DNA of 64,000 nt, from the NCBI RefSeq assembly GCF_036365525.1, contig NW_027141721.1, forward strand, positions 186,001 through 250,000, written 5' to 3'. This DNA comes from Heterodontus francisci. Its lineage: Eukaryota. A program made the position numbers and the translations under genes. Below the pieces are notes generated by a model. That model did no database searches. It had not been told where the DNA came from and saw nothing but the letters and a program-made list of their open reading frames with translations. Below, one piece after another: positions 42,101 to 52,994 of this stretch (positions are counted from its first letter, which is position 1; each line of letters starts with the position of its first letter).

Positions 42101-45100
42101 GGAGTGTGATACAGTGACTGAGGGGAGTGTGATACAGTGACTGAGGGGAGTGTGATACAGTGACTGAGGGGAGTGTGATGCAGTGACTGAGGGGAGTGTG
42201 ATGCAGTGACTGAGGGGAGTGTGATACAGTGACTGAGGGGAGTGTGATGCAGTGACTGAGGGGAGTGTGATACAGTGACTCAGGGAGTGTGATACAGTGA
42301 TTGAGTGGAGTGCGATAAAGTTACGGAGGGTAGTGTTATACACTGTCTGAGGGGATTGGGATACAGTGACCGAAGGGAGTGTGATTCAGAGACTGAGGGG
42401 AGTGTGATACAGTCACTGAGGGGAGTGGGATGCAGCGACTGAGGGGAGCATTATACAGTGACTGAGGGGAGTGTGATACAGTGACTCCGGGAGTGTGATA
42501 CAGTGATTGAGGGGAGTGCGATAAAGTTACAGAGGGGAATGTGATACAGTGTCTGAGGGTAGTATGATACAGTCACTGAGGGGAGTGCGATGCAGCGACT
42601 GAGGGGAGTATGATACAGTCACTGAGGAGAGGGGAATGCAGCGACTGAGGGGAGTGGGATACAGTGACTGAAGGGAGTGTGATACAGAGACTGAGGGGTG
42701 TGTGATACAGTGACTGAAGGGAGTGTGATCCAGTGACTGGAGGAGTGTGATACAGTGACTGAGGGGTGTGGGATGCAGTGACTGAGGGGAGTGCGATGCA
42801 GCGACTGAGGGGAGTGTGATACAGTGTCTGAGGGTAGTATGATACAGTCACTGAGGGGAGTGCGATGCAGCGACTGAGGGGAGTGTGATGCAGTGTCTGA
42901 GGGGGATGTGATACAGTGACTGAGGGTAGTGTGATACAGTCACTGAGGGGGATGTGATACAGTGACAGAGGGTAGTGTGATGCAGTGACTGAGGGGAGTG
43001 TGATGCAGTGACTGAGGGGAGTGTGATACAGTCACTGAGGAGAGGGGAATGCAGCGACTGAGGGGAGTGGGATACAGTGACTGAAGGGAGTGTGATACAG
43101 TCACTGAGGGGAGTGCGATGCAGCGACTGAGGGGAGTGTGATGCAGTGTCTGAGGGGAGTGGGATACAGTGACTGAAGGGAGTGTGATACAGTGACTGAG
43201 GGGTGTGGGATGCAGTGACTGAGGGGAGTGGGATACAGTCACTGAGGGGAGTGGGATGCAGCGACTGAGGGTAGTGTGATGCAGTGACTGAGGGGAGTAT
43301 GATACAGTCACTGAGGAGAGTGGAATGCAGTGGCTGAGGGGAGTGTGATAGAGTGACTGAGGGGAGTGGGATACAGTGACTGAGGTGAGCGTGATACAGT
43401 GAAAGAGGGAAGTGGGATACAGTGACTGAGAGAGTGTGATACAGTGACTGAGAGAGTGTGATACAGTGACAGAGGGAAGTGGGATACAGTGACTGAATGT
43501 GTGGGATACAGTGACTGAGGGGTGTGTGATACTGCAACAGCGGGGAGTGCGATACAGTGACTGATAGAGTGTGATACAGTGACTGGGGGAGAGTGATACA
43601 GTGACTGAGGGGAGTGTGATACACTGACTGAGAGAGTGTGATACAGTGACTGAGGGGAGTGTGATACAGTGACTGGGGGAGAGTGATACAGTGACTGAGG
43701 GGAGTGTGATACACTGACTGAGAGAGTGTGATACAGCGACTGAGGGAAGTGGGATACAGTGACTGAATGTGTGGGATACAGTGACTGAGGGGAGTGTGAT
43801 ACAGTGACTGAGGGAAGTGGGATACAGTGACTGAATGTGTGGGATACAGTGACTGATAGAGTGTGATACAGTGACTGGGGGAGTGTGATACTGCGACAGC
43901 GGGGAGTGCGATACAGTGACTGATAGAGTGTGAAACAGTGACTGGGGGAGTGTGATACATTGACTGAGGGGAGTGTGATACTCTGTCTGAGTAGAGTGGG
44001 ATGCAGTGACTGAAGCGAATATAATGCAGTGACTGAGTGGAGTGTGATACATTGAATGAGGGGAGTGTGAGACTCTGTCTGAGGGGAGTGGGATACAGTG
44101 AACTGAAGGGAGTGTGATACTGTGACTGGGGGAGTGTGATACAGTGACTGAGGAGAGTGTGATACACTGTCTGAGGGGAGTGGAGTGCAGTGACTGAAGG
44201 GAATATAATGCAGTGGCTGAGGGGAGTGTGATACAGTGCCTGAGGGGCGTGTGTTGCAGTGACTGAGGGGAGTGTGATACAGTGCCTGAGGGGCGTGTGT
44301 TGCAGTGACTGAGGGGAGTGTGATACAGCGACTGAGGAGAGTGTAATGCAGTGACTGAGGGGACTGTGATAGAGACTTAGGGCAGCATGATGCTCAAACT
44401 CAGCAATCCGAGGAACAATAGACGAGAGAATCTACTGAGGTTTCATCCACTACCCGAGCGGGCTCTGGAAGCTAAGGTATCTGCTTTGTGGGGTTATCAT
44501 CGCAGAATCATGGAATCAAAGACTGGTTACGGCACAGAAAGTTTCTGTTCAGCCCATCTTCACTGAGCCAGCTCTCTGGCAGTGCAACTCACCTACTCCC
44601 ACTCCTGCCATTTTCCTGTCGCCCTGCAGATTTTTTCTGCCATGACAATTATCCAATTCCCTTTTGAAAGCCTCAATTAAACCTGCCTCCAGCACACTCT
44701 CATGCAGTGCATTTCAGATCCTAACCACTCACTGTGTGATAAGGTTTCCCTGTCTCTGTTGTGACTTTTACCACTCACCTAAATGCGTTGCTCTCTAGTT
44801 CTGGATCCTCCCACCAAGAGGAACAGTTTTTCCCTGACTACTCTGTCCAGTTCCCTCTTGATTATGAACATCTTGCTCAAATCTCGTCTTAATCGTCTCT
44901 TCTCCACGGAGAACAGCCCCAGCTTCTCCGATCTATTCATGTCACTGACGTCCCTCATCCCGGGAACCATTCTGGTAAATCTTCTCTGCACCCTCTCGAA
45001 TACCTTAACATCCTTCCAAAGTATTGACCGCTCTCTCGACCTGTCTTGCCACCTTCAATGATTTGTGCACATGTCCCCCCAGGTCCCTCTGCCCCTGCAC

Positions 45101-47930
45101 CTCCTTTAGAATTGTAGCCTTTATTTTATATTGCCTCTCGTTCGTCCGACCAAAATGAATCACTTCACAATTCTCTGTGATAAATTTCATTTGCCAGTGT
45201 CTGCCCATCCCACCAGCCTGTCTATGACCTCCTGACGTCTATCACTGTCCTCCTCACAGTTCACAATACAACCAGGTTTTGTGTCATCTGCAGAATTTGA
45301 AAGTGTGCCCTGTACGCCCCAGTCTATGTCATTAATATATACATCAGGAAAAACAGTGGTCTGAGCAATATTAGAGAGCAAAGCACAGATGCACAGAGAA
45401 TTAGGAGGGACAGATAACACTGGAGTCGATAAGAGTATCGTATTAGACGGGGGCAGTGGAAGAGGAAAGGAGATAAGCTATAAATTCAGTTTAATGTGTG
45501 TGTATATGGATGCACGGAGAGTGGTAAATAAGGTTGTTGAGCTTCAGGCGCAGATAGCCACGTGGAAATATGATGTTGTGGCAATAACAGGGTCCTGGCT
45601 CTAAGTGGGGCAGGACTGGGTAGTGAATATTCCTGACTACAAGGTGTTCAGGAAAGAGAGGGGAGGAAGGAAAGGAGGAGGGGTATCAGTATTGATTAAG
45701 GGGAACATTGCAGTGCTGTTTTCTTTTCTCTCTCTTGTTCTCACTCATTCCAGATCTCCCTTACTCTTTTCTGTCTCACTCCTGTCGCCTTCCCTCCTTT
45801 TCTCTCATTCCTGCTCTCTGTTGTTCTCTGACTCCACTTTCCCCCTGTCGTTTCGCTGATCACTTTGATAATCTCCTGAATTTTCTCTGTTAGTTTTTTT
45901 TCCTTGTCGGAGTCGTAACTGATTCTGCAGCCGATGATGTCTGGTGTCTCCCCTCGGTAAAGGCTGGTATACATTGATTCAGTGTGTCGAGGGAGTTAGA
46001 TTACATACGAGAGGAGGTTCTGTGTTAAAACACTTCTGTCCACTCATCCAGCGTTCTGAATCCCAGTGAAATTCCTCTTGTCTTTATTTGATCCTCTCAG
46101 ACTCGGGGATTCCGTCTACTCCCGAGGAACCTCCCGACTCCCAGCCTGTTTCTGATGATGGTGGGAACATTTCAGATTCTCCACATTTCAGGAATATTAA
46201 ATCCCTCCTCCTGTCTCAGTCTGGCACAAATATATCAGGACCGAGGGCCTCCAAACAGCTGTGTGATCGTTCTGTGTAGGGAAACCCATCGTTCTCACTC
46301 TCTCTCTCTGCCTTGTCTGTGCTGTCAGACAAGAGTTGCAGTCGCTTGTGTTCAGTCTGAGTGGAATCATTGGGAAACACAGAAACGTAAACGTTCAGAA
46401 ATTCCTTCAGAAATATCTTTGAGCTTCTATCTCACATCCCTCTCTCTCTTACTCTCAGTTTTATCTCTGTCTCTCCTTTATCTGCCTTTCACACGCATAT
46501 ATAAATATATTTCATTTCTGTAACCGCCTCTCTCCGATGCGGGTCTCAGTTTCTCCAGCTCCCTCTTTCGCCTCACTCTGTCTCCCACTCTCTCTGATGT
46601 TCTGTCTCCCTGTCTGTCTCTCTGACTCTCACTTTCTCTCTCTGTCTCTCTCACAGATGCTCTTTGTCTGTCTCTCTGTCTTTGTCTTTGTCAGAGGGAC
46701 AGAGAGCATCAGAGAGAGAGAGAGAGAGTGAGAGTGAGAGACAGAGACAGAGAAAAGGGCAGTGAGACCGGAGTAAACACGGAATGCAAATGATCTCGGG
46801 AGATGGAACAAGAGGCAACAGAGAAGAGAGTGCAGGATAGAGGATGATAACAAAGGGAGGTCAGATTAGAGACAAGACGAGTTGAGATAGAGAGAATAAC
46901 AGAGACAGATGAACAAACGAGTTTATGACAAACTGGAGGAAAGAGAGTTTAAATTAGAGAGGAGAGTTCAGTCGAAATACGTCCCGTGCCCTGTGCTAAA
47001 CTCTGGGTGTGTTCAACCTGTTGATGTTGTGACTGTTGTGTTTAGGTACCAAATACAAGAGGATTAATGTGAAGATCACTTCAATGACTGATCTGGATGA
47101 AGAATCTGCAAAGAGAATCGTTGTGGAGAGGGTGAGAGACTGCACTGTACTGAGGAGAAACACGGGAGACAACAGATCCTCCCTCTCACTGTCTGTATTC
47201 ACTGAATGGGAACTCCAGGTCATTATTTAAACAGCTCTAATTCCCCTCTGCTTATCAACTGGTCCCCCAGATCAGGCTTGTGAGGGGTTGAATGGGCTTC
47301 CTCCTGAGCCTGTGTGAAAGGCTCGAGAGCGGGTGAGGGGGCTGAATGGCCTTCTCCTGTTCCTGTGTAAGAACTCGAAAGAGGGGCTCAGTGGCCTCCT
47401 CCTGTTCCTGTGTAACAGATTCGAGGGGATGAATGGCCTCCTCGTTGTACGGTAACCTCTCTCTGATCTTCCCTCTCACTCACCCCATTCTCTCTTTATG
47501 TCCTTTCTATCTCTGTCTCTTTCTCTGCCTCGCTCACCCACTCTGTATTTCTCTTTCTTTGTCTTTCTTTCTGTCTGTGTCTGTCTCTCCCTCACTGCAT
47601 CTCTGACGACCTCTCGCTCTCACGCCATCTGTTTCTCTACCTCTGTCTCAATCCCTGTAGCTCTCCCACCCTCCCTCTCCATCTCTCCCTCTATCTGAGT
47701 ATCTTTGCCTCACCCTGTCTCTCACTGTCTTGTCCCCACCCTTTCTCCCGATCTCTGTCTGTATCCTCTCTGTCTCTTTCTATTCACTCCTCCCCTTGCA
47801 GTAATACTCATCGTTTCTCCTCTCTGCGATGCAGATGAAGCACATGTTCCAGGATCAGTGTCCACACACGAAGCTCGAATTGGATCCAGAAAACGTTCAG
47901 TGCTCGGCTAGTGCGCCTGTGGAAGTGTGA
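18185..47930 (+). CDS. Secreted GP2/uromodulin-like tandem-D8C protein with repeated S/T/E-rich stalk (multi-exon, ~538 aa if the stop-containing exon is skipped)
   Basis: Phase-compatible GT-AG exons: 18185-18218 (MWTLLIILGYL), 21529-21673, 21826-21902, 21997-22161, 26363-26507, 26660-26736, 26831-26992, 27391-27486, 28195-28284, 30578-30673, 33012-33107, 38284-38379, 39890-39985, 46101-46160, 47046-47131, 47835-47930 (stop TGA). Domain motifs DPC.N.T.LD..WRS, CD..L..GWYRF, WL.G.HP, RTVC, I...NC..YFVY.L, YCT are the D8C signature. The exon chain is a manual model without transcript support. Confidence 0.8.
18240..21140. mobile_element. L2 fragments (18240-19140 -, 19140-19212 and 20586-21140 +) flanking a CR1 insertion
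   Basis: Minus strand LILLELSAAFDT RT motif; plus strand ctctag|acttgactattcc is split by the CR1. Confidence 0.7.
19213..20586 (+). mobile_element. Young 5'-truncated CR1 LINE with uninterrupted RT ORF (423 aa)
   Basis: NYRPVSLTSVVGK, QHGF..GRSCLTNL, YMDFSKAFDKVPH, GVPQGSVLGP, KFADD, no stops; 3' tail gggccgaagggcctg...attctaaaaaaaaaaattcta. Confidence 0.95.
21529..22161 (+). CDS. D8C/D10C domain 1 (3 exons)
   Basis: ITDSTLTDPCVNHTVLDQSWRSIDCNETECSDQVKCDQNLAQGWYRFKSSGGWKIPDTVVPDSHCSTRATGWLQGSHPSVGNGEVTRTVCFNKAGNRCHWTQEIKIINCSSYFVYELKPPPDCEAVYCT; 10 Cys. Confidence 0.9.
22470..23670 (-). mobile_element. Non-LTR retrotransposon ORF2 fragment (same family as 12300-13430)
   Basis: WKTAQACPVHKKQDKS...NYRPISLLSIISK...QFGFRRGHSAPDL; EPTRGENILDVILTN. 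Confidence 0.8.
23690..26255. repeat. 23-bp G-rich minisatellite (CAGTGACTGAGGGGAGTG[G/T]GATA)
   Basis: Direct tandem repeats; they generate the 23-aa periodic minus-strand ORFs. Confidence 0.95.
26363..26992 (+). CDS. D8C/D10C domain 2 (3 exons; tandem duplicate of domain 1 including introns)
   Basis: VTDSALTDPCVNHTVLDQPWRSSDCDDTRCFSQVKCDDGLHFGWYRFKSSGGWKIPETAVPHHHCSTHVTSWLQGSHPSVGEGEVTRTVCLHWGTNHCYKVHEIKIKNCSSYFVYELKSLFRCAAYCT; exon sizes 145/77/162 nt vs 145/77/165 nt in domain 1. Confidence 0.9.
27391..39985 (+). CDS. Array of 96-nt phase 1-1 mucin-like stalk exons (27391, 28189/28195, 30578, 33012, 35762, 38284, 39890)
   Basis: Each has a polypyrimidine tract + acag acceptor (mutated in the 28189 copy), 32 codons such as EPVTSQTQESEEQSTRESTEVSSSTPAGSGSS, and a G|gt donor. 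Confidence 0.8.
28500..29215 (+). mobile_element. CR1 3' fragment
   Basis: LYKTLVRPQLEY, FSLEQRRLRGDLIEVYK, 3' tail gggccgaagggcctgtttccatgctgtat. Confidence 0.9.
35762..35857 (+). pseudogene. Stalk exon copy with in-frame stop
   Basis: CAG>TAG at 35782-35784; the acceptor tract is altered (cattatgacag). Confidence 0.8.
44395..44476 (+). pseudogene. 5'-truncated, stop-containing stalk exon remnant
   Basis: caa act cag caa tcc gag gaa caa TAG ... agc TAA g|gtatc; the acceptor is replaced by minisatellite-adjacent sequence. Confidence 0.75.
47046..47930 (+). CDS. Last two coding exons of the D8C gene (C-terminal module)
   Basis: GTKYKRINVKITSMTDLDEESAKRIVVER|gtgag ... gcag|MKHMFQDQCPHTKLELDPENVQCSASAPVEV*; no hydrophobic TM or GPI signal. 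Confidence 0.7.
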
Positions 47931-48577
47931 AGGAGTTTGGACATGTCAACAAGCATCCAACACGTGTGATCCAGTCTCTGTGTGTTTTGCATCCTCACTC
48001 AATCACTGTGCCATCTTATCTTCACCTTGTTTAACTCAAGGAAATTGTCAGCAAAGGGTTAATCTCCGACTAGAAGTATGCTAATGTTATACTGTAATTG
48101 GTGTGTCTTTATACTGCAGGGGTGTGGGAGCTTTAAGCTATTGCTTTGTTAAATAGAGAAGTACGATCCCATTTGTATCCAGTGACCACTGGTCAGCTGA
48201 ACCCAGACTAACCTGACAGCTCTGGCCAGTTTCAGGATGAAGTGATCTCAGGTTTAATGAGGGAGTTTCTTTAAAGATCTACCATTGAGTAGAGGTCCCT
48301 AAGCTTCATGGAGCTGTCAGCACTGAGAATAGGGGCAAGGAAAACAGTTGGTCCTTGTCCAAGGAGAACCTCAGGGTAGATAACATCTTTTAAATTGAGG
48401 GTTCATGCAGAATGGGGGATCGGTTGATGCTGAACTTTGCAGAATCAAAATATATTGAAAAGGAAAGATTTCATTGAGTACAAAGCATTTATGTGTGGCA
48501 TATGTCAAATGTTTAATAACAAAGGAAGGGAGTTGTACTGAGCTCAGGAACCTCATGCTGACAACACTCCATCTCAA

Positions 48578-51220
48578 TAACACCTCTGTGAACGCTTCCA
48601 TTGTCTCTGCTCTGCCACACTGCTTGTCTAACATCCAATACTGGATGAGCAGTTATTTTCTCCTACTAAATATTGGGAAGACTGAAGCCAATGTCTGTGG
48701 TCCCCGACACAAATGTCATTCTTGGACCACCGACACCATCTCTGGTACCTGTCTGAAACTGATCAAGACAGTTTTCAGCCTTTGTTGTTGTGTTTGACCC
48801 CGAGATGAATTTTCGACCACATATCCACACCATCACCAAGACTGTCCATTTTGCACCTCCATACCATCTCTCGACTCCGCCCCTGCTTCAGCTCATCTGC
48901 TGCTGGAACCCTCATCAGTGCCTCTGTTACCTCCAGACTGGACTATTCCAATACTCTCCTGGCCAACCGCACATCCTTCACACTTCCTGATCAGATCCTC
49001 ATACAAACATTTGCTGCCTGTGTCTTAACTCACTCCGAACCCTGTTCACCCATAATCCCTGGAACTATTGCCATTCACTGACTCCCTGCTCCTCTCCAAT
49101 TTCCCAATATTAACATCCTGATCAGTCTGTTGAACTGTTGTGAAATGACTCATTGGTCACAACTCTCCAGTGTAACAATGTAAAACGTCTGCAATAAGTG
49201 AACATGGCTGTGTATCTTCCATTGATGGACATTCAAACAAGGAGAGCTGCAGCTTGGAAAGGGCTTTTAACGTGTTTGACTCCCTGACCACCCAGTGTGA
49301 TTGTAAATCTGATTGTAAACTGTGTGTTTAAAGTTTTATTGCATTCTCTGTCTGCTCAATATATCTATGAATGCTAAACCTGACCGTCTCAAGAAGCTGA
49401 TTGATGTTGCTGGAATGACTTTCCCATCTGATCATGGAAATCCAGTGTTTTTTTGTTCTGGGAGGGAACACTCACTGTTAAATGATTGCTGAGGGCTGAG
49501 ATCAGAAGGGATGTGACTGTACGTGGTGGGACTGCCCAGCATTCCCCAAACCTTGTGCTACTCCATTCTATTCTGGTCTGTGCTTCCACCCTGGATAATC
49601 CAGCTCATTCAAGGCCTGACAGAGGAAAATGAGAAATCCTGGCCTTTCAAAAGGCATTTGATACAGTTCCACACATCAGACTTGTGAGCAAACATGTAGC
49701 TCTTCGAATACATAGGACGGTAGCAACATGGATTACGAAATTGGCTGAGTGACAGGAAACAGAGAATAGTGGTTAATGGATGTTTTTCGGACTGGAGAAA
49801 GGTTTGTAGTGGAGTTCCCCAGGGATCAGTGTTGGGACCCTTGCTTTTCCTGATATATATTAATGTCCTAGACCTCGGTGTGCAGGGCACAATTTCAAAA
49901 TTTGCAGATGATACGAAACTTGGAAGCATTGTGAACTGTGAGGAGGATAGTGTAGAACTTCAAAAGGACAGAGACAAGTTGGTGGAATGGGCAGACAAGT
50001 GACAGATGAGGTTCAATGTGGAGAAATGTGAAGTGATTAATTTTGTTAGGAAGAACATGGAGAGAAAATATAGAATCGAGGTTACAATTCTAAAGGGGGT
50101 GAAGGAGCAGAGAGACCTGTGTGTATCAGTGCATAAGTCATTGAAGATGGCAGGAAGGATTGAGAGAGTGGTTGATAAAGCATACAGTATCCTGGGCTAT
50201 ATTAATAGGGGCATAGATTACAAGAGCAAGGAAGTTATGTTGAACCCGTATAAGACACTAGTTTGTTCTCAGCTGGAGTATTGACTCCAATTCTAGGTGT
50301 TGCACTTGAGAAAAGATGTGAGGGCATTTGAGAGAGTACAGACGAGATGCACAAGAATGGTTCCAGGGTTGAGGAATTTCAGTTATGAAGATAGATTGGA
50401 GAAGTTAGGACAGTTTTCCTTGGAGACGAGAAGGCTGGGAGGTGATTTGAGAGAGATATTCAAAATCATGAGGGGCCTGGACAGTGTAGACACTGTTTCC
50501 ACTCGTGAAAGGATCGAGAACGAGAGGGCACAGATTTAAAGTATTTGGTAAGAGAAGCAAAAGTGACATGGGGAAACAAGTTTTCATGCAGCGAGTGGTT
50601 AAGGTCTGGAATGCGCTGCCTGGGAACATGGTGGAGGCAGATTCATCTGAAACATTTAAAATAAAATTAGACAGTTACATAAAATGGAAGAATTTGCAGG
50701 GTTCCAGGAAGAGGCCGGGGGAGTGGAACTGAGGGAGTTGCACTTTCAGAGAGCCGGTGCAGACACGATGGGCCGAATGGCCTCCTTCTGCGTGGTCACA
50801 GTTCTGTGATTCTACGATTATTATGAGGAACGTTTGAAGAGGTTGGGCAGATACTCATTGCAGTTTAGAAAAATGAACCATGTAAGATTCTGACAGGGCT
50901 TGACTGGGTAGATGCTGAGTGGATGTTCCTCCTCGTGGGGGAATCTAGAACTTGGGGGCACAATTTCAGAATAAGGGGGTCTCCCATTTAAGACGTAGAT
51001 GTGGAGGATATTTTTCTCTCAGAGAATTGTGAGTCTGTGGAACTCCGTTCCCTGGAGAGCAACGGAGGCTGGGTCATTGAATATATTCAAGCCTGAGTTT
51101 GACAGATTTTGATTCTACAAGGGTGTCATGGTTATAGAGGGCAGAAAGGAAAGTGGAGTGAAAGCGACAATCAGATCAGCCATGATCTTATAGAATGGCT
51201 GAGCAGGCTCGAGGGGCCGA
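48578..51220 (+). repeat. Segmental duplication: direct paralog of 1-2000 + 4757-5277
   Basis: Colinear L2 + unique module + CR1, offset ~48.6 kb. Confidence 0.9.
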
Positions 51221-51240
51221 ATGGCCTACTCCTTGCTCCC
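49640..51240 (+). mobile_element. CR1 RT/3' fragments (uninterrupted paralog of 1115-5280)
   Basis: Near-identical to 1115-2000 + 4757-5277, lacking the SINE/RTE. Confidence 0.9.
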
Positions 51241-51619
51241 ATTTCGTATAATCTTACTGACTGCCCAATTCAATATCGGGGTAGTTAAAGTCTCAAATCA
51301 TCACATAATTTTTTTCACCCTCAGTTATTTCTTTTCAGCTCTGCTCCTCTGTATCCTTCCTGCTCTATGGCAGCTGATAAAATACCTGCAAAGTAAAAAT
51401 GTTTGTCAGAAGATGCTCACAGTCGGAGAACAGTGGACTGTTCATATCAGAGGCACAGATAAGATCTCCCACAGGCCACAGGTACACATTCAGCAACATA
51501 TGCAAACAACAATGAGCAAAGCCAGAGAGCTGGGAGAAGGCTTTTGTAGGCAGTACACACGACACTGTGAGGCCCCTGAGCAGATATCAATGTCCCTGCT
51601 GCGGCCACCAGTGGTTGAA

Positions 51620-52990
51620 CGATTAAGGTCGGGGTTGCTCAAAAGCCCAGTATTAGAGGAGTGCAGAGATTGCGGGAGGTTGTCGGGGCTGGAGGACGTT
51701 ACAGAGGGAGGGAGGGATTTAGGTGCAGGTGGAGGTTACAGAAATAGGGAGGGCTCGAGGTGCTGGAGGTGGTAAAAGATATGGAGGGCTCTAGGGACTG
51801 GAGGAGGTTTCAGAGATAGGGGGCTGTTGGGGCTGGAGGCGGATACAGAGATAGGGAGGGTTTTCGGGCTGGAGGCTGTTACAGAGTTAGGGAGGGTTGC
51901 AATGGCTGGAGGAGGTTACAGAGATAGGGATGGTTGTTGAGACTGCAGGAAGTTTCAGATATAAGGAGGGCTGTCAGGGCTGGAGGAAGTTAAAGAGATA
52001 TCGTGAGTTGGAGGGACTGAAGGGGGTTACATCGATAGGGAGTGTTGTCGGGCTGGAGGCAGTTACAGAGATAGGGAGGGTTGCAATAGCTGGAGTAGGT
52101 TATTGAGACAAGGGAGGGTTGTAGGCGCTGGAGGACGTTACAGAGGAAGTGAGGGCATTAGGGGATGGAGGCAGTTACAGAGATAGGGAGGGTTGTAGGA
52201 ACTGGAGGTGGTAACAGCGATAGAGAATTTGCAGAGACTGGTGGGGGTTACAGAGATAGGGAGGTTTGCAGAGACTGGTGGAGGTTACAGAGATAGGGAG
52301 GGTTGTAGAGACTGGAGGAGGTTACAGAGATAGGGAGGGTTGTAGAGACTGGTGGAGGTTACAGAGATAGGGAGGGTTGTAGAGACTGGTGGAGGTTACA
52401 GAGATAGGGAGGGTTGCAGAGACTGGTGGATGTTCCAGAGATAGGGAGGGTTGGAGAGACTGGTGGAGGTTACAGAGATAGGGAGGGTTGTAGAGACTGG
52501 TGGAGATTACAGAGATAGGAAGGGGAAAGGCCATGGGGGGATTTGAGGACAAGGACGAGAATTTTAAAATGTGGATGTTGCTTGACCGGGAGCCAATGTC
52601 GGGCAGCGAGCACAGGAGTGACAGGGGAACGGGACTTGGAGTAGCTGAAGACACAGGCAGAAGAGTTTTAGATTACCTCAGGTTTACAGAAAGTGGGAGA
52701 GCATCAGGAGTGTCTTGACATTGTGAAGTCTAGAGCTGACAAAGGCGTGAATGAAGGTTTCAGCCGCAGATCAGCTGAAACAGGGGCGAGTTTGGGTGAT
52801 GTTACAGAGGTGGAAATGGGCAGCGTTAGTGATGGTGCCTACATGAGGTCAGAAGCCCATTTCGGCATCAAATGTGACACCAGCCTTTCGAACAGACTGG
52901 CTTAAACTCAGACTGCTGCCAGGGAGAGGGATAGAGTCAGTAGTTAAAGAGTGGAGTTTGGAGCGGAAACTGGAAACAATAGCTTCAGTC
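51620..52990 (-). mobile_element. L2 fragment containing an in-situ expanded ~38-bp tandem array (51670-52520)
   Basis: L2-like sequence continues on both sides of the GGAGGTTACAGAGATAGGGAGGGTTG array. Confidence 0.8.
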
Positions 52991-52994
52991 ATGA

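Larger units (their letters stand above)
27575..44385. repeat. Further 23-bp minisatellite blocks (~27575-28010, 29675-30440, 32495-32870, 34940-35620, 36200-38145, 38720-39750, 40330-44385) interleaved with stalk exons
   Basis: Same unit as 23690-26255; G-rich on the sense strand of the D8C gene. Confidence 0.92.
30700..45720. mobile_element. Co-duplicated intronic CR1 pieces: antisense 3' ends after each stalk exon (30700, 33135, 35885, 38405, 40010, 44500) and sense endonuclease fragments (31570-32420, 34020-34870, 45390-45720)
   Basis: Repeated ...LFSLEKRRL.EDLIE... (-) and MDARRVVNKV.ELQAQI...DVVAITESW (+) segments at equivalent positions in each unit. Confidence 0.85.

Noticed and set aside
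23580-44167. Long minus-strand ORFs (894, 464, 439, 381, 370 aa etc.) rich in S/H/P/T/L/C
   Set aside because: Translations of the 23-bp minisatellite; open in several frames, 23-aa periodic, and antisense within introns.
51539-51569. RSS-like GGCTTTTGT...CACTGTG
   Set aside because: Spacer is 15 nt (neither 12 nor 23), no adjacent V/D/J coding sequence, and it lies within a repeat.
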